In this document: positions 36,851 through 45,809 of the stretch, in pieces | How positions within the stretch are numbered: position 1 is the first letter of the stretch | Layout: each line of letters begins with the position of its first letter | From: a virus | Reading direction: 5' to 3' (one strand) | Length of the DNA stretch: 64,000 nucleotides | Virus record (IMG/VR): IMGVR_UViG_3300025000_000061 | Location: 1 to 64,000 of that record | Position numbers and translations under genes: made by a program | The notes under the pieces: generated by a model | Database searches by the model: none | Told to the model about the DNA's origin: nothing | Seen by the model: the letters and a program-made list of their open reading frames with translations, nothing else

Positions 36851-36898
36851 TATCTATATATTGTGTGTATATGGTTGTTAGACTACAATATATAGTAT
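36851..36898. promoter_or_regulatory. tandem NrdR-box-like motifs
   Basis: TATCTATATATTGTGT 36851-36866 and CTACAATATATAGTAT 36883-36898 match acaCwAtATaTwGtgt; 32-bp period. Confidence 0.65.
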
Positions 36899-36900
36899 AA

Positions 36901-36926
36901 AAATCATGATAAAAGACAGATTTGGA
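36901..36926. repeat. core site AAATCATG-ATAAA-N8-TTGGA
   Basis: Full left 13-bp arm of the repeated site. Confidence 0.75.
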
Positions 36927-38500
36927 ATTAAAATAAGGAGGTAGTTAAGTTTAAATGACATTAGATGAAGCTATTAAACATGCTAGAGAAATTGCAGACA
37001 ATAAAAAATGTACAGAATGTGGAGAAAATCATAGACAATTAGCTGATTGGTTAGAAGAATTAAAATACTATAGGGAAGAATGTGAAACATTTAAAGTAAA
37101 AAAGATTATTCAACCATTAAAACCGATTAATACAGTGACAGGAAATGTAAGAATTGTAGAAAAACCAAAGAAAATATTTGAATAAAAGGAGAATGATATG
37201 ACAAATAAATCAATTTTTCAATGTCCTAAATGTGGAAAGAAATATATTAGAAATTTTCATTATATTTCAATAGTAGGTATGCAAAATATAATTGCTATTT
37301 CTTCTGGTGGAAAAGAAATTGAAGATATGTGTATGTGTTGTGGTTATGTTATTGAAAAGGAGATAAACAAATATGGATTTTAATATTAATTTAACTATGT
37401 ATGCTATTGTTGATAGTACAGAAGAAGGATATTATTGGAATTTTAAGAAAGAAGATATGAGTAGTAAATTAAATGGAGAATGTTTATTACCTACAAAATT
37501 GATGGCAGAGCAATATATTGAAGAAGAATTGGCAATTTATTATAAAGTTATTGAAGTTAATATAGAAAGCATATCTAAAATTGGAACATGGTGTTATAGT
37601 ACCAATGAACATGAAATATTTGATGAGTATTTTGATGAATAGAAGGAGATAAATAAATATGGATGATAGAATATTTATATTAGGGTTTCCATTGTTAATT
37701 TATTTTATGGCACAATCAAGAAAACAATATGAAAAATCAAATATAGAAAAAATATTTATAGATATTATAGCATTTATATTTGCTTCGTTATTTGGATTTG
37801 GTTTAAATTTTATATTAATGACTTGGAAGGGAAATTAATATTTTAATGAAGTAGGACTTTTATTATGATTTAGAAAGGAGAAAAAGATATGAATTATAAT
37901 TTACAATTAATATTGTTTTTAGGGCTATCTATTTTATTGTTTAGGATTTTTAGTTGGTGGACAAATTGGTTGGAAAGCAGGATATGATTTTTATGATAGA
38001 AATAAAGATGTAATAAATGAAAATAATAAAGATAATAAGATAAGATTGAAATATCCAAATAATTTTTAATTTTTCTTAAAGGAGAATAATACATATGACT
38101 ATGAAATGGAATGATTATCATCCAGATTTAAAGAAACTTTGGAATGCGATAGCAGATAGTTATTTTGAAGTGAGTAGTTATAGGATAAAAGAAGAAGCTA
38201 ATCAGGAAGCGATTAGTTTAATGGGAAAGTTGACGATTGAGTTGAATAAATTGGAGGATGAATAATGTGTGAACATATTTATAGACATTTAGAAACAAGA
38301 AAATTTACTAATGGTGATTTAAATTATAAAGAAAAAACTGTAAATGGCAATACTTATATAAAAATATTTACATTTTATTGTCAAAAGTGTTTGGATATTA
38401 TAGATGTTAGAAAAGAAGTGTATATTAAAACAGGTGAAAAAATACCTGAATGGTATAGGGAATTATAAATAAAATAAAATAAAAAGGAGAATAAATAATT

Positions 38501-38820
38501 ATGAAGAAAAAATTCAAATGTAAAGTAGAAAGAGTAGACGAATACATAATTGAATTTGATGATGAGATTATCAATCAAGAATGGTTAGATGATTTTCAAA
38601 TGATTTTCGTAATTTTAAAACATTAAAAGAACATGCTGAACATTTGGCACAATTTAGAGCAAGATTTTCTGAAATTAATTTTATTGAGGGTTATAGAGTA
38701 CCATTGATTGATGGTAAACTGCCTTTATTTTCAGATAAAAATGATATTGAAGAAGGTATTAATATTATTATTGTAAGTGAAGATGAAGATTGTGAAGTTG
38801 ATGTTGAGGAAATTGAGTAG
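38501..38820 (+). pseudogene. frameshifted hypothetical gene
   Basis: SD and ATG at 38501; coding continues in another frame to TAG 38820. Confidence 0.55.
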
Positions 38821-39301
38821 GGAAAAGGAGAATAGATATGTTTAAGAAAAGAAAAGATGTTATTGTTTTGGATAAACATTTGACACGTTTAGAATCATCA
38901 CCTAAAGATAGTAGACCAAATTATAAATATTCAATCACAAATAATAAGCAAGTTGCGCCAAAATTAAAATGTTGTCCTATTTGTGGAGAATTAGAAGATA
39001 TTGCAACTAGATATGAGAGTTGGAGTATTGATTTTCATTGTAACAAATGTGATTTTAATGGTTCTGTAGATTATTTATGGATAGAAGAATGGGAACCTAA
39101 TGTGAAGGGTGAGGAAGTGCTGTTTTAGGTTGTTTTAGATTGTTTTAGGTGGAAATTAATTATAAAATGGTAAGAAAATATTAAATATTAGTAAAATAGT
39201 AAAATAAATATTCCATAATAAGGTATGAATAGGACATGTGTTGGACAGAATACTATTATAATATAAGAAACAAAATATATTATAATAGGAGAGTGAATTG
39301 A

Positions 39302-39724
39302 TTGAAAATATTACATAATGCTCAGTGTTATAAGCAAGATAGGGAGTTGGATTGGAGAGGGTGGTGTCCGAAGAGGGGTGAGATTTATTTGTGTCAATTG
39401 GGTAATGAAGGTCTTATATATTCAGAGATTAAGGGGTATCGTCCCGTATTGGTTGTGTCAAATAACATAGCAAACAAACATAGTCCAGTAGTTTCTATTA
39501 TACCATTAACTTCTAGTCAAATAAAAAATAATAATATGCCTGTTCATGTTAAAGTAGGAGTAGAAGAAGGGTTACGAACTTCGAGTTTAATTTGTTGTGA
39601 GCAGACTAAAACCGTATCTAAAAATCGTATGTTCATAAATGGTAGTTTAACTAGAATTTGTAAATTGAGTAGTAAATCGATGTGTAAAGTGGACGAGGCA
39701 ATACGAATACAATTTGGATTGTAA
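39302..39724 (+). CDS. mazF: MazF/PemK-family endoribonuclease
   Basis: PKRGEIY, SEIKGYRPVLVVSNNIANKHSPVVSIIPLTS, HV, S.ICCEQ.KTVSK.R. Confidence 0.92.
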   Translation: MKILHNAQCYKQDRELDWRGWCPKRGEIYLCQLGNEGLIYSEIKGYRPVLVVSNNIANKHSPVVSIIPLTSSQIKNNNMPVHVKVGVEEGLRTSSLICCEQTKTVSKNRMFINGSLTRICKLSSKSMCKVDEAIRIQFGL

Positions 39725-39873
39725 ATAAATTGGGAATAGATTATAAATATAAATTATAATATATATTATCATATATTATAAAAGGGTGTGATGTCTTTGA
39801 TTGTGTAAAAATAAATTAAAAAGTTATTGTGTTTAAATTGTATCTATTAAAAAATAATATAAAAGGAGGATAT

Positions 39874-41412
39874 ATGTTAGTAAAAAATCAAAAAGTTAAA
39901 ATGAATTGGAGTGGAAGTAATAGAAAACATTATGAATTAAAAGGATATCCTTTTACTAATTATAATGATGAATTTGAAGTTAAAATAGAGGATTTAGCAC
40001 CAAAAAGTCAAAAATATGTTTTGATTAGATGTGATTATTGTGGGATACCTTTTTTGAGAAGGTATGTAAATCATAATACAAGAAAAGAGAAATATGGTAT
40101 AAATGATAAAGATTGTTGTGATGATTGTAGAGCATATAAAAGAGAAGAAACATGTTTAGATAAATATGGTGTTAAAAACGCTGCTCAGACAGAAGAAATA
40201 CAAAATAAAATAAAAAGAACAATTAAAGAAAAATATGGAGTAGAATATATTTCTCAATCAGAAGAAATTAAAAACAAAAAGAAACAAACTTGTTTAGATA
40301 AATATGGAGTAGAATATACCTTACAAGTGCCAGAAATTAGAGAAATAATTACAGAAACTAATATAAATAAATATAGATGTGAAAATCCATTTCAAGCAGA
40401 AGAAATTAAAGAAAAAATAAGACAAGTCAATATGGATAAATATGGAGTTGAATATGCTTCCCAATCTTTAGAAGTGAAAGAAAAAACCAAACAAACTAAT
40501 TTAATAAAATATGGGAAAGAATACTACTTACAAACAGATGAATACAAAGAAAAGATTAAACAAAATAACCTAGACAAATACGGAGTAGAATATTATTCAC
40601 AAACAGAAGAATATAAAAACAAATATAAGCAAACCTGTCAAAATAAATATGGTGTTGATAATGTTTCACAAGTTCCAGAAATTGCAGAAAAAATTTCACA
40701 ATCACGTACAAAAGAATTTAAAGATTTGACAAATATAAAATTTAACCATTTAACAGTAATTTCTTTAGTACCTGATAAAACAAATAAGCACCATGATAGG
40801 TATTGGCTATGCGAATGTGATTGTGAAAATAAAACTAGAAAGGAAATTTCAGAAAATCATTTAGTTAGAGGAAATATTAAAAGTTGTGGGTGTATACGAA
40901 AAGAATCATTAATTGAAAGATGGGAAGGTAAAACAAAAAAGGATATATATCCTTATTACAAAGAAATATATTGTACATATGATAGTATGAGAAAAAGATG
41001 TTATAATGAAAAACATGATAATTATAAAAGATATGGTGGTAGAGGAATAATTATTTGTGATGAATGGTTGAATGATTTTATGAATTTTTATAATTGGGCA
41101 ATAAAAAACGATTATAAAGAAGGATTAACTATTGAAAGAATTGATTATGATGGCAATTATGAACCTGATAACTGTAAATGGGCAACATGGGAAGAACAAA
41201 GTTATAATAAATCAAATACGTTATACATAGAAGTAGACAATGAAATGAAAACAGTTAAACAATGGTCTGATGAAACAGGGATACCTCAACATATAATATA
41301 TCAAAGATATGCCAGATATAAAAGAAAAGATAAAAAAGAATTAGAGTTATTAACTAAAGAAAAATTCTTTAAACCAGTTAGACAACTCAAAAGAAAGGGT
41401 GATGTTGTCTGA
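39874..41412 (+). CDS. homing endonuclease-like protein: Zn ribbon, KYG repeats, HNH-type C-terminus
   Basis: About 8 repeats of T.L.KYGVEY..Q.EE.K.K; YWLCECDC, KSCGC, MRKRC, YGGRGI, TIERID..GNYEPDNCKWAT..EQ..N; start moved to 39874 behind AGGAGG. Confidence 0.85.
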   Translation: MLVKNQKVKMNWSGSNRKHYELKGYPFTNYNDEFEVKIEDLAPKSQKYVLIRCDYCGIPFLRRYVNHNTRKEKYGINDKDCCDDCRAYKREETCLDKYGVKNAAQTEEIQNKIKRTIKEKYGVEYISQSEEIKNKKKQTCLDKYGVEYTLQVPEIREIITETNINKYRCENPFQAEEIKEKIRQVNMDKYGVEYASQSLEVKEKTKQTNLIKYGKEYYLQTDEYKEKIKQNNLDKYGVEYYSQTEEYKNKYKQTCQNKYGVDNVSQVPEIAEKISQSRTKEFKDLTNIKFNHLTVISLVPDKTNKHHDRYWLCECDCENKTRKEISENHLVRGNIKSCGCIRKESLIERWEGKTKKDIYPYYKEIYCTYDSMRKRCYNEKHDNYKRYGGRGIIICDEWLNDFMNFYNWAIKNDYKEGLTIERIDYDGNYEPDNCKWATWEEQSYNKSNTLYIEVDNEMKTVKQWSDETGIPQHIIYQRYARYKRKDKKELELLTKEKFFKPVRQLKRKGDVV

Positions 41413-42008
41413 TTGAATTTATTATAGGAGCAATTTTATATGCAAAATATAAAAAGAAATATAAATTAAAATACATATTTAAATACCCATACATATTTGC
41501 AATAATACCACCTTTATTATGTGCCTTACTATACATATTTATAGAAATATCAGTTTGGAATCAATGGTATTGGTTTTTACCATATCAACATATAATAAAA
41601 ACTACAACTTTGTTAAGTTATATACCTTTACTTTATATATATAATCTTTATGAAAATGATAATCAAAAATACATAAATAATAATATAATGAATGTAGTTA
41701 CTTCACCTATGTTTAAAGCAGGATTCTGCTTATGGTTAGGTTCGACATTAAATAAAATAGTTATAAATGCTAACAATGGTATGCCAGTTTTCCCTAGTAA
41801 TACATACTGGACTGGTTACGCCAAACCAGATTTATTTAATGATGGTATACATATATTAGGTAATGCTTATACAAAATTAATTCCTTTGTCAGACTGGATT
41901 GATATTTTTTACTCGGTGATTTCCCCAGGAGATATTTTAATTCGTATGTATGTTTTTTTAATTATATATTATGCTATAAAATATTCTAATAAATTATTAA
42001 TAAAATAA
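41409..42008 (+). CDS. DUF5317-family membrane protein (likely CTG start)
   Basis: Frame open from 41403; LIEFIIGAILYAK..., LN..VI.ANNGMPV, H.L, L.D.I, SPGD motifs; SD AAAGGGTG. Confidence 0.8.
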   Translation: MIEFIIGAILYAKYKKKYKLKYIFKYPYIFAIIPPLLCALLYIFIEISVWNQWYWFLPYQHIIKTTTLLSYIPLLYIYNLYENDNQKYINNNIMNVVTSPMFKAGFCLWLGSTLNKIVINANNGMPVFPSNTYWTGYAKPDLFNDGIHILGNAYTKLIPLSDWIDIFYSVISPGDILIRMYVFLIIYYAIKYSNKLLIK

Positions 42009-42048
42009 TAAAATAAATGTTGACACTTAAACAACTCTATGGTAATAT
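42002..42048 (+). promoter_or_regulatory. sigmaA promoter for sensor-agrD with upstream motif variant
   Basis: AAAATAATAAAATAA 42002-42016; TTGACA 42020-17-TGnTAATAT. Confidence 0.7.
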
Positions 42049-42080
42049 ATAAATAGAAAATTACTAAGGGAGTTGGTTAT

Positions 42081-42881
42081 GTGGAACAAAATATTATAAA
42101 TGCGATATTGAATTTTTTCACAATTAGTTTGTTCGAGGAGTTAGGTATAGTTTTACTAATTTTAATATTTTTAAAAAGATTTGATTTACTTGATAAATAT
42201 ATGTGGAGATGGAATATAAAATGGATAATTTTGCCTACAATTTTAACGTCATTCTCCATAAATATATTTATATACATAATACCAAATTTTATATTAAAAT
42301 TTTTTGTTTCTATTATTGTTTTATACTTTTCTATAAATTATATCTTAATTAAAACAGACCCATTAGATGAAAAAATAAAATGGTATAAAATATTAATCAG
42401 TATAATATTAAGCATAGTTATGATAACAAGTGCAGAAATAATATATTTACCAATAATGCTTCAATATGTTAATCAACCAATAGAAATATTGAATAATAAT
42501 ATGTTATTAAAATTTATAGTAAGTTTGCCAGCAAAAACATTTCAAGTGTTATTGATTTATTTCATGTATAAAAAACATAATCAAAGTGAAAAATATGTTT
42601 CTAATATTTTAAAAGATAGAATATTATCTTTAGTTACAATTAGTTTTACTGGTTTAATATTGTTTGCTTTAACATGTATAGTAAAAATTGTAATTAGTTC
42701 AGAAATGATTGGTAAATATTCAATACAAACTCAAATGATGATTAGTGTATTAATAACAATTGTACCAACAATACTAATATTTCTTTATATCATACCAATT
42801 AATTACCTATTATCACGATTATTCAGAATACAACAGAGTTATCAACAAATGTATGATGATGTTGATGATACTGATGTATAG
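42081..42881 (+). CDS. multi-pass membrane protein resembling an AgrC sensor domain, lacking the kinase domain
   Basis: About 7 hydrophobic segments, immediately upstream of agrD, no H/N/G boxes. Confidence 0.6.
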   Translation: MEQNIINAILNFFTISLFEELGIVLLILIFLKRFDLLDKYMWRWNIKWIILPTILTSFSINIFIYIIPNFILKFFVSIIVLYFSINYILIKTDPLDEKIKWYKILISIILSIVMITSAEIIYLPIMLQYVNQPIEILNNNMLLKFIVSLPAKTFQVLLIYFMYKKHNQSEKYVSNILKDRILSLVTISFTGLILFALTCIVKIVISSEMIGKYSIQTQMMISVLITIVPTILIFLYIIPINYLLSRLFRIQQSYQQMYDDVDDTDV

Positions 42882-42913
42882 ATACAATGAATTGAAAGGA
42901 GGTGAAATTTATT

Positions 42914-43039
42914 ATGAAAAAATATACTCTTTTAGTCGTAGCTGGTTTTATTGCTTTAGTTGCTACTGCACTTACTAATTCCGTAGCATCTTTCATGGGA
43001 TTGAATCAACCTAAGAGTCCTTCTATGTTAGTAAAGTAA
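42914..43039 (+). CDS. agrD: cyclic lactone autoinducer peptide precursor (41 aa)
   Basis: MKKYTLLVVAGFIALVATALTNSVASFMGLNQPKSPSMLVK; SD AAAGGAGGTG; leader, S-X4 ring, xQPKxP tail. Confidence 0.9.
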   Translation: MKKYTLLVVAGFIALVATALTNSVASFMGLNQPKSPSMLVK

Positions 43040-43055
43040 TATGACTACATAGAAA

Positions 43056-43093
43056 ATTCTAAAGTAGAGTGTTTACTTCCTCTACTTTAGAAT
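43056..43093. terminator. 14-bp perfect stem-loop after agrD
   Basis: ATTCTAAAGTAGAG-N10-CTCTACTTTAGAAT. Confidence 0.75.
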
Positions 43094-43179
43094 AAAAAAA
43101 TAATATAAAAACTATTGTGTTCTATATTAATATATGGTAACATATAGACAAGAATATAATAAATAAGGAGTGGTAAAAA

Positions 43180-44055
43180 ATGATGTTATTTAATAAAAAA
43201 GAAATTCTTAAAAAAGATAATCTTGTGGATGATAAATTTAAAAAAGAGATGGCATTTTTAGTATTTAAAGCAAAAGGTAGACGAAATATTGAACAATTCG
43301 TAAAAGACATGAAAATGTTTGATCCTACACCAATCGTTAATTTAATAAATAAAAATTATAATGAATTACCTGATAGAAAATTATTAAGGAAAATAGCCGA
43401 TAATAGTATGGGAATGGTTAATTTTAGGATATTATATGATCTCTGTGGTTACTCCGAGAGAGATCCTGAAGAAGATCGTAGTTGGATAAAATGGGTTCCA
43501 AGATGGGCAGAAGTTTATATGTGTGATCTAGGCATAGGAGAGGATTGTATTCAAGGAGGGAAAAGAAATGTATTAATAATTCAAAATAATAAAGGCAACC
43601 AACACTCACCGAATGTATCTATATTGCCAATATCCAGTAAATGTAAATTTAACCATATGCATATACTATTAGAAAAAGAATTGGGTTTTGAAAGGGATAG
43701 TTACGCATTGTCAGAAATGCCATTAACTGTAAGTAAGAGGAGGTTCTTTTATAATACAGTACCTTATAAAATTACAACACTTTCAGATTTTAAAATGAAA
43801 GAAATACAGGTATGTCTTGAGAAACAATTTGGATTTTTACCACTTTATTTTGACGTAGAACATGCATTTGAACTAGTCAGACATATAAAAAATCTAGAAC
43901 AAAATATAAAAATCAAAAAATCACATAATTTAGTAGATATTATGGAAGATAAATTAAATGACCTAAAAGAATACTGTTCAAAATACAAAAAGAATTATCA
44001 ACATTACCTACAAGAATACGATAGAATCAATAACTATGGTATTCAAGCAATATAG
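43180..44055 (+). CDS. extended MazF/PemK protein with N-terminal Xre-HTH-like region and C-terminal helical extension
   Basis: KAKGRRNIEQF..P..KLLRKIA..LYDLCGY, then PRWAEVYMCDLG..IQGGKRNVLIIQNNKGNQHSPNVSILPISS. Confidence 0.8.
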   Translation: MMLFNKKEILKKDNLVDDKFKKEMAFLVFKAKGRRNIEQFVKDMKMFDPTPIVNLINKNYNELPDRKLLRKIADNSMGMVNFRILYDLCGYSERDPEEDRSWIKWVPRWAEVYMCDLGIGEDCIQGGKRNVLIIQNNKGNQHSPNVSILPISSKCKFNHMHILLEKELGFERDSYALSEMPLTVSKRRFFYNTVPYKITTLSDFKMKEIQVCLEKQFGFLPLYFDVEHAFELVRHIKNLEQNIKIKKSHNLVDIMEDKLNDLKEYCSKYKKNYQHYLQEYDRINNYGIQAI

Positions 44056-44126
44056 TGTAAATACTATATTTCTTCTATAAAATATTAATAATAAACAAAA
44101 AACAAATAAAAGGAGATGTTCAACAA

Positions 44127-44600
44127 ATGATTAACGAACACAAATTAAAGTATCTATGCAACAAATATGGTATTAATTATCAAGTATTTCATGCAACAGA
44201 TACCATATTAATAGATGCAAAATTAGATATATGGGAGGTGAAATATTATGAAGAAATACAAAAAAAATTAAATTTATTATACAATAAACAAAAAGAAATT
44301 CAATTGCAATTATTATCTCCTGTATTAGATGAACCAATTAAGAAAAAATTATTATATGAATATGAAAAAATAAACAAAAAAATAAAAGAAACAAAACCAT
44401 ATTATTTACTTCATAAAAATAAATCTGATAATAAATTTAGCAATCAGCACACACAAGGATGGAAGAAAAATTTATATCAAGTAATAACTTTTATATTAGC
44501 ACATAAAAGAGTTTTATATGGCATCCAATTAGGAAAGCCATATATACATAAGCACAATATTAAAATAAATAAGAAGGGAAAAGTATGTTTAAATACATAA
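44127..44600 (+). CDS. hypothetical protein overlapping the agrB start
   Basis: 157-aa ORF with SD. Confidence 0.7.
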   Translation: MINEHKLKYLCNKYGINYQVFHATDTILIDAKLDIWEVKYYEEIQKKLNLLYNKQKEIQLQLLSPVLDEPIKKKLLYEYEKINKKIKETKPYYLLHKNKSDNKFSNQHTQGWKKNLYQVITFILAHKRVLYGIQLGKPYIHKHNIKINKKGKVCLNT

Positions 44601-45271
44601 GATACCTATTAACATTCCGATATATCAAACTAATATCCTATATATCTGCTAAATATCTTCATAATAAAATACCTGTATTCCCACTAATAGATTCAAAAGT
44701 TTTATTAAAATTTTTACCAAAAAATATGTTAGATTTATTTGAAAATTTACATCAACAATCTAAATTAAAACCATATAAACTTAAATATGTTTATTACTAC
44801 GGTTGTCAAATCATCATAGGAGGCATTAACAAATTCCTACTCTTAATCACACTAGGCATCCTACTCAACATCCTCCCATATCTCATACTAACAACAATAT
44901 CATTCGTATCATTGCGAATTTGGTCTGGAGGGTTACATTTTGACTCTTACTCTAAGTGTGCCTACATTTCACTCTTATCATTTACAATCATGGCACTATT
45001 AGCAAAATACATCTACATATCAACCATACCTACTATATTAATATTCTTAATTGTCTTAATTTTAATTCTATTATATGCACCAGTAGAGCATCCCAACAGA
45101 CCAATAAAAAATAACGAAAAAGTTAAATTTAAATTAATTTCAATTTTCTCATTGTTAATATTACTATTAGTTATTTTATGCGTAAATAATATTATTATCT
45201 GTAATTCTATAGTGTTTGGAGTGCTATTAGCAGGTATAATTATGTTGCCTATTATAAACAAACTGAAATAG
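44585..45271 (+). CDS. agrB: AgrB-family autoinducer-processing peptidase
   Basis: YG.QII, LR..SGGLH....C (catalytic His/Cys), YAPVEHPNRPI, several TM segments. Confidence 0.93.
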   Translation: MFKYIRYLLTFRYIKLISYISAKYLHNKIPVFPLIDSKVLLKFLPKNMLDLFENLHQQSKLKPYKLKYVYYYGCQIIIGGINKFLLLITLGILLNILPYLILTTISFVSLRIWSGGLHFDSYSKCAYISLLSFTIMALLAKYIYISTIPTILIFLIVLILILLYAPVEHPNRPIKNNEKVKFKLISIFSLLILLLVILCVNNIIICNSIVFGVLLAGIIMLPIINKLK

Positions 45272-45388
45272 TTGTTAACGCAAGTATATAAAAAGTCGAA
45301 AAATGTCGCTAGGTAATTGTTGTCTATATGTGAAATTTTATGTAAAATAATATACAATAAAATTATTAACAAAATTCAAAAAAAACAC

Positions 45389-45435
45389 TTGTTCTTTTGT
45401 TATCAATGTATTATAATTGGACGAACAGGTGTTCT
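45389..45435 (+). promoter_or_regulatory. sigmaA promoter followed by a LexA (Cheo) box
   Basis: TTGTTC-17-TATAAT (45412-45417); CGAAC-AGGT-GTTCT 45422-45435. Confidence 0.75.
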
Positions 45436-45472
45436 ATAAATAATAACATAATAATATTAGGAGGAGATTGCA

Positions 45473-45703
45473 ACGAATAGTGAAAAAATTTATACAATCA
45501 AAGATGAAAAAGGTAATTTTGTTCATGGTGATGGTATTAGAAAGATCGGCAAAGAATATTATTATTTGCCATATGAAAGTTTAAAAGATGGCTGTATTGT
45601 TTATACTAATAAAATAAGAGTAGAGAAGGCTCTGAATAATCTTGAAATACATAATCGATTAGGTGAGTTAGGACATAAATTTATTATTGAACTTGTCTCT
45701 TAA
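45473..45703 (+). CDS. small unannotated protein (about 76 aa, ACG or ATT start)
   Basis: AGGAGG, then an open frame TNSEKIYTIKDEKGNF...FIIELVS*. Confidence 0.55.
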   Translation, partial: TNSEKIYTIKDEKGNFVHGDGIRKIGKEYYYLPYESLKDGCIVYTNKIRVEKALNNLEIHNRLGELGHKFIIELVS

Positions 45704-45732
45704 TAAGATAAAAATAATAACTGACTTTCCTA

Positions 45733-45761
45733 TTGACATAGTATGAAGATACATATATAAT
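45733..45761 (+). promoter_or_regulatory. sigmaA promoter of the yopQ/mrpR-like operon
   Basis: TTGACA-17-TATAAT; degenerate motif AAGATACATATATAA 45746-45760. Confidence 0.8.
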
Positions 45762-45809
45762 AAGTATTAATGATTATTATATATAATTTAAAATGAGAGG
45801 TGAAGAATT

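Noticed and set aside
39874-41412. Group I intron around the HNH gene
   Set aside because: Flanks are short and AT-rich with no recognisable intron core, and the neighbouring genes appear intact.
42081-45271. Complete chromosomal agrBDCA two-component system
   Set aside because: No histidine kinase domain or LytTR regulator in the window, and the context is phage-like.
45290-45312. Spo0A boxes (AGTCGAA, TGTCGCT)
   Set aside because: Both mismatch TGNCGAA; too weak to call.
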